A DNA stretch of 63,195 nt, filler included, from Reticulomyxa filosa (Eukaryota > Protista > Foraminifera), in NCBI GenBank assembly GCA_000512085.1. It is 14 parts of 14 records of this genome, joined end to end, with 100 filler letters (N's around TTAATTAATTAA, not from the genome) between each part and the next. Parts side by side here need not be neighbours in the genome. Positions count along the whole stretch, not along the records: positions 1 to 17,583 come from ASPP01017911.1; 13 more parts are not named here. The stretch is one strand, 5' to 3'. The notes under the pieces were generated by a model. That model saw only the letters and a list, made by a program, of their open reading frames with translations. It made no database searches and had not been told where the DNA came from. Positions 1 through 12,700 of the stretch are shown one piece after another. Within the stretch, counting starts at the first letter, position 1. Every line of letters begins with the position of its first letter. The translations under genes were made by a program, and so were the position numbers.

Positions 1-97
1 GCAAGAAATCACCGATATTGTCATTGGTCCAATGCAATAGGATTAATAGATTGCATCCAATTGTCAATTTTCTTTTCAATCTCAATCTAAATTGCTC

Positions 98-604
98 TCA
101 GATTCCAAGTCTCAATCTTTTGTCGTTCAATTCATGGTGAAGATCACGCTGTTTTGATATTGAACGTGATTGTGATATTATCTGATTGCACATCCAATTC
201 AACCAATTTCTAACAATATGTACATAATGTGATATCGATGCTTGATGTTGCATTTTCATGAATGTGTAATCAAATGGTAATGCGTTGATAATATGCAGTC
301 CATTGGATACAATAAAATCTAGAATACTTTCACCCACATCGTCAGTATTTTGATCCAACCATGCATTTCAATCTCCTCCAATGATAATATATTCTGTTAT
401 TTTCTGAGCAAATTGTAATTCTTGCTCGAATGCTTGTATATTAAATTGATTACACTGCAAGTTTCGATAGAAGCTGCAGAATAACAATGGCCTTTTTTGA
501 TCAGAGCATGATAGTTCCACCCAACACGATTCATAACCAAATATCAGGGATAGTAGTGAATGATCGTGAAATTTAGTGTAAATCTCTTCGACATAATTAA
601 TCAA
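98..604 (-). mobile_element. Degenerate non-LTR retrotransposon (LINE) APE/EEP endonuclease fragment
   Basis: Translation 'ESCWVEL...LLFCSFYR...YIIIGGD*NA(W)...DQNTDDVGESILDFIVSNGLHIIN...YTF...ASI' matches the LINE endonuclease pattern (GDFNA, G..L.D.I...L...N, TF, S.ID). It is broken by a stop codon. Confidence 0.7.
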
Positions 605-1380
605 ATAACTTAAAACCTTTTTGATGAATGAGTGTTTACATTTTTTTTTGTTTTAGTTTTCTTTAATTTGTTGAAATAAGTTTTTAGAAAGATAAAATAT
701 TGTCAGTTGAATGAACAAAAAAAAATAATTTGCACAAGCACCTTACTTAGATCTTTCAACAATTCCCACGTTGGTACAATGCATGTTCAATTTTGTAAGT
801 CTTTATTTAGATGCACTAAGTCTTTAGCTTCGATTGTAGATAATAATCTGGCGCTTGTAGTGTATTTGTAATCTTTGGAAACATATTCTTTCCAATGATG
901 AGTATTTTCACAACATTGTTCAATCAGTGATCGTAAATTGTCTTAAAATGTTAATCTATCCAGCTGTATTACTGTCTTTGTACCCAAAACTTATTTTCGT
1001 ATGTTCATTTCTAATCGACGTTTTGATATTATTGTTCTTTTGTTTCCACTTTTTTATATTATTATTTAAATAGTTGCGTGGATGAAGCCAAATCTCAACT
1101 TCTTATATTGTTTCACTTGATTGGCTTGATAAACAGATTTATAATATATTTAGATTACGTATTGAGACTTCTTTAAACAATAAGTTTTCTAATCATTCTT
1201 CAATTCTGATTTTATGTCGTCATGTATTATTCATGACCAATTCATTACATAACAACTCTTTCAGCTTGTATTTGCTATCAGATGAACAATACAATATATT
1301 TCAAATAGTTATATCTATACATAATTATTTGTCAAAATTCCAAATATATCTTTTTATTTAATTTCTAAATTTAATACAAT

Positions 1381-1460
1381 CGTCTTATCAGCTTCAAGTA
1401 ACATATTCCATTCATTTGATCAAATGTGTAATTTATACATATTGTTGCAATTATTTCAAT
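1381..1460 (-). mobile_element. Possible highly decayed LINE reverse-transcriptase remnant
   Basis: Minus strand reads 'LQQYV' then, in a shifted frame, '*SNEWNMLLEADKT', resembling the RT motif LQ..L..L..W...W.[ML].LN..KT. Short match only. Confidence 0.3.
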
Positions 1461-1832
1461 TTGTATTCTAGATCATTGACATCATTTGAATATTAATTTC
1501 TAGCTAGTTATATCTATATCAAATGCTTGCTCTAATTATACTATTATATATTTAATCAATAAAATTATAAATTATGCTTTAAGTTTTATTTCGCTGCTAT
1601 TTTCATTAAATTCAGTTCTAATAAGTGTAACTTACTTACATTTACTTATCCAGTGATCTTGTCCTAACCTAATTTATTTATTTCCAAAAATTTTATATAG
1701 TTAATCTGATTAACCAAATTATTGCCAACTTGACAGAAGCTTGTGCAAAATACTATGATACACCTACAGGGGCCCATGGAGCATTTGTTCTCCATTGCTT
1801 ATCACGTCTTAGATTCTTGGTAATTGTGCCAA

Positions 1833-3453
1833 ATGTTCAGCGAATGGGACATTTTTGGTGTGGGTATGTTGGCAAATGAGTTAGATAAGAACGATGAGGG
1901 ATTGCGACGGATTGATATTTCAAAGAACACGTCTTCCAAATCAATAAAGCATGTTGTATGTCATGATAACTGCTTGCTGTTTGCAACAAGTGATGATGAG
2001 CTGCATTTTTATGGTACGGATAATGGATCTTTTGGCGCACACAGTTTGTCTTCCGATTACTTTAGAGGTAGTAATTTGCCATACGTTGTAAATTATTTTA
2101 AAAAGAATAAATTGCAAATTGATAAGATTTATAGTAACTCTCATTGTGGTCATTTATTTGTAAGTATTTGTAATTCCAGTGATTTGTATTGCTTTGGAAA
2201 TAATTCAAATGGTCAATTGGGATTGGGAAATAACAAGATAGTATCTCATGACAAGACAGTGAAGCAAAAAATTATCGCCCCAATAAAACATAGTTACTTT
2301 ACTGACATTGGTGAGAAATGTGTCCATATTGCAGTAGGGGGATATTTGACGTTATTTTTAACACAATTAAGTTGAACCTTTGTTTGCGAAACACTATTTC
2401 GTTCCAATTACCACTTGTTATTTTGTTGAGTCTTTTGTTTATGCAATTAGGAAATGAAAGCCAAATCTATTTGATATTGTGGTATTGGATTAATGAACTG
2501 GACAACAGTTCAAATGATGGCAAGCCACTGGCAAACCGAGTTCCCAATGACTTGTTGCAATTGATATTTACCTTTTCAAAATCGCATAGCGTCTATTTTA
2601 CTGGCATTGCCCACTGTCTCTCGTTACTCTCGACGGCAACAAGTCAGGATGACCCGGTGTCAGAAAAGCCTTGTTTGATCTCGCAACTGTCCGGAAATAG
2701 TAATTGCCAAATCGTCGACGCCGCATGTGGGCATGATTTTGCTGTTTGTCGCAGTTCTGATGATCGTCTGTTTACGTTTGGGGATAATGTGAATGGACAA
2801 TTGGGCAACGGAGCCGAAGTCCGACAAAACGCAATATTTGAATCCACATATTTCGCCGACAGAAAAATACACATTTCTCAAATCTCTTGCGGACATTTGT
2901 TCACTTTAATTGTGGACACAAACAACAATTTTTATGCATATGGATGGAACTTCAGTCACCAGTGTGACCCCACTGACACTCACGCCGTAAGGAATATTGT
3001 GCAAGCGCCACACAAAGTGTACAGCCACAAGTATCCCATTGCGTCAATCCATTGTGGACAGTATCATTGTGTGAGCATCGATGTGCTCGGAAATATTATG
3101 TCTTGGGGGTCTGATGAGGGCTTCGAATCGTCCCTTATTCCCTCTCTGGCATCTGGAGACACAAGGACCAATTCAGTGTTGGTCATAGAAAATAGTTCGA
3201 TCCAAAAGATCTTCGCTCAGTATCAACACAAAACAACTAATAAACGCAACTTCAGCAACATCTTCTCTCAGTATCAACACAAAACAATCGATAAATACAA
3301 CTCCAGCAAACAGATCGTAAGAGTAGCATTGGGGATCCATTGTACATTCTTTTTGGTTCAAAACATCTCACTTACATGATGTTTATTCTTTTAAAGGCTC
3401 AAAGAGATGGCTTGTTCAATAATGCTGGCCAATCTTATTCTAAAGCCCTCTGA
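1833..3453 (+). CDS. RCC1-repeat (beta-propeller) protein, spliced
   Basis: RCC1 repeats 'LYCFGNNSNGQLGLG', 'ACGHDFAV...LFTFGDNVNGQLGNG', 'ISCGHLFTL', 'IHCGQYHCV'. Intron 2371-2450 (GTTGAA...TTAG) joins the two ORFs in phase. The last intron (3356-3396) and the start codon are tentative. Confidence 0.8.
3209..3310 (+). repeat. 51-bp tandem duplication inside the RCC1 CDS
   Basis: 3209-3259 and 3260-3310 encode IFAQYQHKTTNKRNFSN and IFSQYQHKTIDKYNSSK. Confidence 0.85.
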
Positions 3454-4028
3454 AAGGTGCAAAAACGATATACGTTGCAAACCTATCACATTTAATGTGA
3501 TATCTAATGAAATACCGTTTACATCGTTGAGAAAAATCTACAAGATTGCACTTTCGGATATCAGTTGTCAAAATTCCCTTTCGTTTGTGCATATAGTGCC
3601 ATGAAAATTAAATTGTACAAATTAATTGGACATTGCACATTCAGGAGTGATTATCAATTGTAAAACTTTCATAAATTCATAAGCTTGAAATTATATTTCA
3701 ACGGACCAATCTTCACAGTTACTTTTTTTGAATTGAAAATAAAGTTTTTGAGGAGTTCAATACAAAAGAAAAAAATTGAGATTCATATATTACATATTCA
3801 AAGGTTCAACAATAATAAAGTAACTTTATAAGAAGCATAAACCTTTTCCTCGGACATTTACTTTCTTGTCTACTTTACTTTTTGTTTAATTTGTTTCCTA
3901 AAAATTAACCAAGTGACGTGTCCTACTTCACCTTATCTTAGATTTGTTCCAGTTACTGTAAATTGATTTTTAAAATTTCAGTAAAAAAAACAAGAAACGA
4001 CACGTCCGATTTATTGTTTAGTTAGTTG

Positions 4029-4192
4029 CAATCGACAGCAAAAAAACCCCCTTAAATGAACTCCTGTCAAGTTTAATCATGAAAAATCAATTTTTTTCAA
4101 AAAACTTTTTTCAAATAATATTGATTTTTTATGAATAAACTTATGAGTTTATATGAGTTCTTTTTAGGAAATCTTTTCTTCGCTGTCGATTG
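4029..4192. mobile_element. ~165-bp imperfect palindrome, MITE-like
   Basis: Perfect 11-bp terminal IR CAATCGACAGC (4029-4039) / GCTGTCGATTG (4182-4192), followed by TA. The inner arms AAGTTTAATCATGAAAAATCAAT / ATTGATTTTTTATGAATAAACTT also pair. Confidence 0.6.
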
Positions 4193-4496
4193 TATATATC
4201 CAAGAATTTTCTCAAATGTAACTTACAACATCCAAAATAATTTTAGATGAATTTGTGCACCACTTTATTAAACAAAATTAGCAGTATATGATTTTTAAAA
4301 TGGCTTTTTTAAAGATTTTTACAAGATAGTTGACACAGTTCATAAATGCTTTACAAAAAAGAATGAGTTAGCGACTACAAAAAAATTAACACTGGTTAAG
4401 AATGTGAAAACATTTTTTTTTGCAACGTCATTTACTGTCAGACAAAAATAATGATTCTTTTTTTACACCAATTGGAATTGATCCCCTTTGTCCGTT

Positions 4497-5599
4497 TTAC
4501 CTTAATTTTAGGGTTAAATAACATGGAGTGTTGTCACGCAAAAATTCACAAACGGCACAAAGAAAACCAGTGAATGACACAAGAAAGCCGATGAGTATTC
4601 CAGCCTATTTGAAACAAGTATTATTAATTGTCAAAGTGAATTTTTTTGAGTTGAGTCCCTAAATATACTATTGAAATGGGATATGATACCTGTCCAGAAT
4701 ATCCAAAGCAACAAAACAAGGCCATGATGAGGTGGAAAATTAAACAGCGATACCATCTGTTGCTAATTGCTGGCCATCGTGTCTTGCGAATCAATTGCAA
4801 ACACGCTAACACGCCAAATACGATTGGTGTCCAATTGTCACAAAACACGTCCAACATAAAAGTGAAAGCTATGAGTAGAGAGTATTGTTTAAATGGACAA
4901 ACACCCTTTTTGAATTATTTTAATGTACGTTTTCTCACTAAACATTTATTGTAAAAATATTGCAGTTATGATAAAACAAGAAGACATTTGAAAAGAAATG
5001 GGACCGTATAATACGTAACGTCCAGAAACATTTTTGGAGGCTTGACCATATCGCCAGTGACTGTTTAAAGAGCTTGAGTAATCTTTTATTCCTGGAATAT
5101 GCCAAAATAAGGATTTGCCAACGCAGTCGATGTTCGAAGTGCCCGAATTATTGGAACACACTTGTAGGTTCAATCCCTTCAACAAATTGATAATGTGGAT
5201 AACACCTGCAAAGGGGAATTTATGCCACAGCAAATTTTCTCACATATTATTTTTAATGTTTCAAAAAAAAAGGGAAATTACCGACTATTAACACTCCAAT
5301 GGCGGACAAACAAGTAAAGACTTGTGCTACCAAAGCAATGCCCGAACCTATTGTGATTTTTCAATTTTATTTTCCAAATTAGCTGAAAAGTCTCATTACT
5401 GTTTAAATCTGATCGTACCTTTCTCTATGCCCATTGACGGGTTATTACTTCCTCCACTCGATTGTTTGTCTGGCTGTCGTTTCTGTTGTTGGGCTTCTGG
5501 TTTCCGAGCAGACGAAGGTTGAACACTTTGAGGACTAGAATAGTTCTCATGTGGGTTTCCATAAGTCTGATTTGGCTTTGAAGGTCGCGGCTTTGACAT
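4497..5599 (-). CDS. Multi-exon hypothetical multi-pass membrane protein
   Basis: Hydrophilic N-terminus (MSKPRPSK...), then exons encoding hydrophobic segments 'GSGIALVAQVFTCLSAIGVLIV', 'FTFMLDVFCDNWTPIVFGVLACL', 'CLIFHLIMALFCCFGYSG', 'AGILIGFLVSFTGFLCAVCEF', separated by GT-AG introns. Confidence 0.55.
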
Positions 5600-5906
5600 A
5601 GTAATACAATAGAATGTTTCAGACTACCCTTGGCTGAGCGGAAGAAAAACGTCTGAGAGATAACGAAAGAAAAATTATAAGTTACTAATTTTCATAACAA
5701 TATTCATTAAATTTGATGTTTAATGATTTTTTCAAAACGTTGGTTATATACACTTTTTGGTTCTTAGTACATTTATTTTTGGAATGTATAATCTCAATAG
5801 AAAAATTATAGCAAACTTTTTTTTAAGCTTGTTAACATACAAAAAACAAAAAAAGAAAAAGCAATTTCAGTACAAAAACGACAATTCATGACCAAATTCG
5901 GGAATG

Positions 5907-6644
5907 TCAAGTGTAATACGAATAGTTGCTCTTTAAGCAGTCTTTCAAAAACGAAATTAGTTTAAATAAAAGAAGAATATAAAACAACAACGACAACAAC
6001 AACGAGAGAATAAAAGAAATTAGAAGAAAAAAACAAGTAAGTTGTTGTAAAAAAAAGGAGTTTCCTAGGTTACGCAGGAACTTCCCTTTACACTGTCAGG
6101 GCCCTGCCCTACACTTACGTTTGGAAGATAACTTATTGTTATTGCTAGTTTCTCCGTATTACAGAAAAAATTGCCACAGTTTTTTATTAGGATTATTTGT
6201 GAATTTGTACTTGTTATTTCTAGCTACTAAAAAGACATTATAAACCGCTGGATCATTAATTGAAGTAAAGTCAAAAAGGCATATCAGAAGTGAAGAATGC
6301 AATGTATCAAATACATTTTCGCACATTGAAATATAGTCAAAGTGCGATTTTTTCATCACTGACAAGCAATAAAAACATATTTAAAGCAAGGATATTAGTC
6401 AATTCCAAAAGGAATTCAAATGAATATTCAATCTGCCTAAATAAGTATAAAGTTTGTAGTGCAAGGCCCTAACAGTGTAAAGAGAAGTTCCTGCATAACT
6501 CAGAAAATCCCTTTTTTACAACAACTTACTTACCTTTTCTTTCAACTTCTCTTATTTTCAAATTGTTGTTTTATATTCTTCTTTTATAAACTAATTTTGT
6601 TTTTGAAAGATTGCTTAAAGAGCAAATATTCGTATTATACTTGA
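5907..6644. repeat. Long imperfect inverted repeat (arms ~5907-6113 and ~6455-6644)
   Basis: The reverse complement of the right arm aligns with the left arm over ~190-200 bp (e.g. TAATACGAATA.TTGCTCTTTAAGCA.TCTTTCAAAAAC and GCAGGAACTTC.CTTTACACTGT.AGGGCC.TGC.CTACA). The spacer is ~340 bp with no recognisable coding sequence. Confidence 0.85.
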
Positions 6645-7425
6645 TATTTCAGTCTATGCAAGCTAGTCAACTTCATATAAGTTTGTCATTACAAGACTTT
6701 CAGGCAAATGCAAAAAAATGTTTAATTTAGTCATGTTGCATAAAGGTCAATTGATGTTATTCTTTGAATTAATATTGTTATTTTACTTCAAATTTAAAAA
6801 CACTCTTTCAATTATTAAATAACTAGTTGAAAAGGTTATATGCAGTGACAAAGAAAAAAAAAACTCATTTTAACGCAATTCATCGTTAATATCAACTTTT
6901 GCAAAAAAAGTTGTATTTTGAATGAGATTGAAGGCAAAATCGTCTCGATACTGCAGCATATAACAGTATCTTAAAAAATTTTGAAGAATCAACTAAAATA
7001 TTTTTAACTATTTCGTCGTAAGCAAAGTTCGTAGCGATAGCGTATCAAAGACAATGTTTAAATAAAAGAACTACTAAAAAAAAATTTTTTTACTAGTAAA
7101 TTTTTTTTATATAAGAGTTGAAAATCTAATATATCGTGAAATGTCAGATATCTTTCAACTATTGATATTTTGAAGTTTAATCAAAACTTAAAATATGTTT
7201 TTTCGCTTGTTGTTATCACTTGTGTGATGATAAGATCTTCATTTTCACTAAAAAATGTTAGAGAAAGTAAATAGAAAAGATGATATCACATACAAGCTAT
7301 TTTTGAATACGAAAGTTGTAAAAACTGAAGATTTTCTGTTGTAATCACATTTTGGAAAGCATTGGTATTAAGATTAAGAGAAAGTATCCAAAAGGAGTGC
7401 AATTCCTTTTTTGGAATTGAGTAAA

Positions 7426-9399
7426 ATGAACTCTGAAAATCCGCAAGATGTGGAAAGTTTGGTTGAGCTTTACTTGGTATCACGGAATTATACAAGAACA
7501 TTGAAGTGTTTGCGAAGAGAAGCAGACCCAGAATTCAATAAACTAAAGAATAGTGAGGAAAAGAGTAATGCAGTTATGAACATACAAGAATTGGAATCAG
7601 CATTAAACAATCACAGAGAAATGATAGCACATATCTTTGGTCCAAGAAACACATCGAGTGGATTGGGGAACGGTAATATACGAAAAAACGGGCAATGGTA
7701 TTTGGATTGTTTCAAGTATCTGTACTCGTGGATGAGCGGATGTTTGGACGAGTATCGAGTGGAGCTGACGCCGATGTTGTACCCGTTGTTTGTGCAGATG
7801 ACATTGGACCTGTTGTTGAGTAGATGTTACATGGAGGCGAATACATTGTATGAGAGATACTACCAGTGTCCAGACGTGTGTAACGAAACAGATGTGACGG
7901 ACATGAGTACACTGCGTTACTTTATCCAAAAGTTGCTTTCGAACGAAAAGAATGAGAGTCAAGTGCATCAGCGTCTGAAGGATCATTCGCTATTCAAGCG
8001 TTTCCGAAACTACAAATGGCAGGTGCGTCTGTCGCACGTGTCGCATAATCTGTTGATCAGTTGGCTGCATCACAACGATTTGTACCTGTTGTTGCAGCTA
8101 ATCAACGATCACGTGTGTTTCCGCTTCGATAAGACGTATCCGAGCACGTCGGAAGAGCAGTCGACAGAGTCGATGGAGCTGACCAACGCCAAGGTGCAGT
8201 GGGGAGCACTGCGCGATATTGACCGCATTGAGACGCAGGCATGTAGAGATCGCAAAGTAGCCAGCGGAGTGACGGGAGGAGTCAGCACGACGATCGTACC
8301 GTCCAAACGTCTGCGCGAGGAACTGACCGAATTAAGCGATAATCAGCCCGTGATATCGAAAGAAATGGAAAAGGGATTATATAACGAAGTTCGACATCGC
8401 GTGTACGCGAGTGCCGAGAAGCTGCCGAGCATCTGTTCGTACAATGTGCTCAACAGTTTCGATCGCGTGTCGTGCGTGCGCGTGAGTACTGATGGCAGAT
8501 TCATCGTAGTCGGCACGAGTCATGGTAAGATCGAGGCATTTGATGCCACTGACAGTCATGTCAAGTATCAATTGATCGGACACAAACAATCAGTACACTC
8601 GTTGCATTGGAGTAGTGATCGCACATTACTATTGAGTGCCGCCAGTGATTCCACGCTGCGTCTTTGGGATTTCAACTTGGATACTATCAACCTCTCCAAC
8701 ACAAACTCGTCTTCATCTCACGTGCTTCCCATTGCCATGTATCGTGGACACAAAAATGGACTCCCCATTTGGAACGCACGCATGAGTCCTCTATCTTTAT
8801 ACTGTGTCAGCGCCAGCGCTGATCGCACTGCTCGTCTTTGGAGCATCGAACGCACCACGCCACTACGTGTCTTTGCTGGACACTTGTCCGACGTCAACAC
8901 CGTCGTCTTTCATCCCAATTGCAACTACGTCGCCACTGGCTCCTACGATCGCACTGCTCGTCTCTGGGACATTCAAAATGGAAAGTGCGTCCGCTTATTC
9001 ACTGGACATCAACACAAAGTCAATGATCTCGCCGTCACTAGCGACGGACGCTGCTTGGTCTCTGCCAGCTCCGACGGACATCTGGCCATTCATGACATTG
9101 GCACTGGCAAAACTCTCATTCGCTTCCGTGCTCATCACACCGATGTCACACATGTCACCTTGGCTCATTCGCTGCAGCCTTTGAGTGTGCTCAATAGCAA
9201 GAATGAAATTTCCTCTCAGTTTCCTTTAATCATCTCCGCTGGAGTTGATGACACGCACAACACCATTCGATTTTGGGACGTCAACAAGGCCACCGCGACA
9301 CAAAAAATGATGATCAAAAGTGTTAGTCTCGGCACACAAATGGTTGGACAACTGGAAATGACGCAAAGCAATCTCTTGTTTATGTGTGGGGTACAATAA
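7426..9399 (+). CDS. TAF5: TFIID subunit 5 (LisH-like N-terminus, NTD2, WD40), intronless
   Basis: NTD2 'LDEYRVELTPMLYPLFVQMTLDL', 'LPSICSYNVLN' and TAF5-type WD40s 'SASADRTARLWS...PLRVFAGHLSDVNTVVFHPNCNYVATGSYDRTARLWD'. First ATG is at 7426. Confidence 0.92.
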   Translation: MNSENPQDVESLVELYLVSRNYTRTLKCLRREADPEFNKLKNSEEKSNAVMNIQELESALNNHREMIAHIFGPRNTSSGLGNGNIRKNGQWYLDCFKYLYSWMSGCLDEYRVELTPMLYPLFVQMTLDLLLSRCYMEANTLYERYYQCPDVCNETDVTDMSTLRYFIQKLLSNEKNESQVHQRLKDHSLFKRFRNYKWQVRLSHVSHNLLISWLHHNDLYLLLQLINDHVCFRFDKTYPSTSEEQSTESMELTNAKVQWGALRDIDRIETQACRDRKVASGVTGGVSTTIVPSKRLREELTELSDNQPVISKEMEKGLYNEVRHRVYASAEKLPSICSYNVLNSFDRVSCVRVSTDGRFIVVGTSHGKIEAFDATDSHVKYQLIGHKQSVHSLHWSSDRTLLLSAASDSTLRLWDFNLDTINLSNTNSSSSHVLPIAMYRGHKNGLPIWNARMSPLSLYCVSASADRTARLWSIERTTPLRVFAGHLSDVNTVVFHPNCNYVATGSYDRTARLWDIQNGKCVRLFTGHQHKVNDLAVTSDGRCLVSASSDGHLAIHDIGTGKTLIRFRAHHTDVTHVTLAHSLQPLSVLNSKNEISSQFPLIISAGVDDTHNTIRFWDVNKATATQKMMIKSVSLGTQMVGQLEMTQSNLLFMCGVQ

Positions 9400-9704
9400 C
9401 GTTCTTCTCCCGTTTCACTTGATTTTGCTTCCAATTTTTTTTTTATCTCCCCTGCTCCATTTACTGTTATCTTTCAGAGATACTTTTCATTTCTTAACGT
9501 GCATATGTCATTAAACATAGGACACTAATTTGAAGACATAAGTTCTTCTGTAGTTCAATTTTTTTTTTCTTTTTGGAAGACTTTAAAAAAAAAAAAAAAC
9601 ACAACAGACACGAAAAGTCAGTAAAGTTCAGCCAGGTTCCTCCCCAATTTTTTTTTAATTCGGCGTTGTTTCCATTGAGCAAGATTTGCCGTAATAAAGC
9701 AGCA

Positions 9705-12700
9705 ATGGATCTAACAATGTTGAAAAAATTTGAAACTAAAACCAACCGTGTGAAAGGTTTGTCCTTCCATCCGCATAGGCCTTGGATCCTCGTGTCACTT
9801 CATAATGGAGTAATTCAATTGTACGACTATCGAATGGAGATACTGATTGACGCCTTTGAAGAGCATGAAGGGCCTGTGAGAGGCGTGGATTTTCATAAAA
9901 CACAGCCATTGTTTGTAAGTGGTGGAGATGACTACAAAGTGAAAGTGTGGAATTACCAGCTGCGTCGATGTTTGTATACTTTGCATGGACATTTGGACTA
10001 TGTGCGAACGGTCCAATTTCACCCGAGGTGATGTGTTTTTTTTTTTGTTTGTTTGTGATGTTTGCGTGCATGTGTGGACGAAGACCCCTTTCTGTGCATA
10101 TCTTTGAAGGGGAGGGAGGGGAAGGGTTTTTGTAAAAAAGAATTTGCCTTTGAAATTGTATATGAATTGGAATGGTGTTGAACAGTGAACATCCGTGGAT
10201 ATTGTCCGCCAGTGACGATCAAACAGTTCGCATATGGAATTGGCAAAGTCGCAACTCACTGGTGGTGTTGACCGGACACAATCACTATGTGATGTGCGCG
10301 CAATGGCATCCAACGGAGGACCTGATTCTGTCGGCGTCGTTGGATCAGACGATTCGTATTTGGGATATAAGTGGACTGAAGAAGCGTAGCACCAGCGTGT
10401 TGGAAGAGTCGAACACGAACAAAGCTAGCCAAGACGTGTTTGGCAACGTCGACGCCGTGGTGAAGTTCGTGTTGGAAGGCCACAGTCGAGGAGTGAACTG
10501 GGCATCGTTCCATCCGACAATGAACTTGGTGGTGTCGGGAGCAGACGACCGGGAAATCAAGGTGTGGCGAATGTCCGGGAGTCGCGCGTGGGAAACCACG
10601 ACGTATCGAGGCCATTTAAACAACGTGTCATGCGTGTTGTTCCATCCCAAGGAAAACGTGATTGTGAGTAACAGCGAGGACAAGACATTGCGAGTGTGGG
10701 ATATATCACGCAATTACGCGCCATTGTCATTTCGTCGCGATTCCGACCGATACTGGGTGTTGGCGTCCCATCCGAGATTGAATCTGTTGGCGGCAGGACA
10801 CGACAGCGGTATGCTTATCTTTAAGCTGTCACATGAGAGACCCGCGTTCGACGCGGCAATGGCCAATGACGTGATGTTATTTTACTACGACGGTTATGTG
10901 CGAATTTATCAACAACACAAGGACCAAACGTCGTCGTTGTTCCAAGTCAAAGCATTGACCACGAGCAGCGTGTCCAACAAACGTCCGAAGAAGCCCAGGA
11001 AGCTGTGGAACAATCCCTATGCCTCGGCCACCAATTACAATATATTGCTGTGGTTCGATGGCGAGGAAAGCGAATATGAATTGTATTGCGTTGACAAAAA
11101 AGGGACTGTCGATATTTGCGGAAATCGCACATCGGGCAATTCTGTCACGTTTGTCACACGAAATCGATTTGCGGTGTTGACACAAACCGGAGAAATACTT
11201 TTGAAGAACATGGAAAATCAAGTAAAAAAAAAATGAAAATTCCCGACAAAAATATCAACTGTCTGTTCTTGGGCGGCCCCGGACGCATTCTTGCACGATC
11301 CTCCGAATGGATGACCCTTTTTGACGTTGCATCACGCAAAGTAATCAACGAATTGCAAATCCAATCGCGCTTCCCCGTCAAATGTGTTCACTGGTCTCAC
11401 GACTTTGACACGTGCGCCCTTTTAAGTCGCTTCAGCGTTATGCTCTGTGATAGCGATATGAACGAAGTGTGTACCATTTACGAAAACGCAAAAGTCAAAA
11501 GTGGACAATGGACCAAGGATCATGTCTTCATTTACACCACCGTCACTCACATGAAATACGCTCTTCCAAGTGGGGATCACGGCATTATCAAAACCTTGGA
11601 CGAGGTATTGTATGTGGCCATGATCAAAGACGACACCGTCATATGCATGAATCGTGATAACCAAACCACCAAAATCATCGTCGATAATACCGAGTACATT
11701 TTCAAAAAGGCTTTGAGCGAAAGACAATACGGCGTGGTCCAATCCCTTATCGAAAGCGGAAAGCTGCGAGGCGAGTCGATCATCAGCTATTTGCAAAAAA
11801 AAGGATTCCCCGAAGTCGCCATGCGCTTTGTCAAAGACACAAATACGAGATTTGAATTGGCCTTGGAATGCGGAAACATTGATGATGCCTTTGAATGTGC
11901 TCTTCAAATCAATACCGAACAATGTTGGCAGCGTTTTGGAAACTCGGCCTTGATGCAAGGAAATTATCAATTTGTCACCGAAGCCTATAAAAAAACGCGC
12001 AATTTTGAAAAGCTCATGTACTTGTTTTTGTTGACAGGAGACTTTCCAATGATGGACAAACTAGCCGACATTGCCAAACAAAAAGATGACAAAACGATGC
12101 GATATCATATTAGTCTGTTCAATGGCAATGTTAAAGATCGCATTTCTGCTCTCGTTGACAGTGGACAATATGGCCTCGCCTATCTCACCGCTGTGTCCAA
12201 CGGACTCGAAGACGTGGCCGCCCAAATGAAGGACAAGTTGGGAGATAAAAACATCATCCTTCCAAATATGCCCAAAGAGGGATTGCGAACGCCTCCTCAA
12301 CCAGTCTTTGGCCCGTTCACCGATCAGGCCAAGTACGACTGGCCGAGAACCGAAATCACAAAAGGCTTTTTTGACAAGGCCGATATATCTGCGCAAATGC
12401 AAGAGGAGGCTTTGAAAAAGGCCAAAGAAAAGGAAAAAAAGGCGGCAGTCAATTTGCTCGATTCGGACGAGGAGGAACAAAGTCCAAACAAAGATGACTT
12501 GGACTTTGGATTCACGGACAAAAAGTCCAAAGAAAAAAAGACAGGCAAAGACAAGAACGAGGAGGAGCAAGAAGACGATTTGATGAAAAGTGGTTGGCCC
12601 AGTGAAGATGATATTGTGGTCAGTGAAGATGAAAACGATAAAAAAAAAGATGACAATTTATTGGACGAAAAGAAAAAAAAGACGATTTAACGACAAAGGG

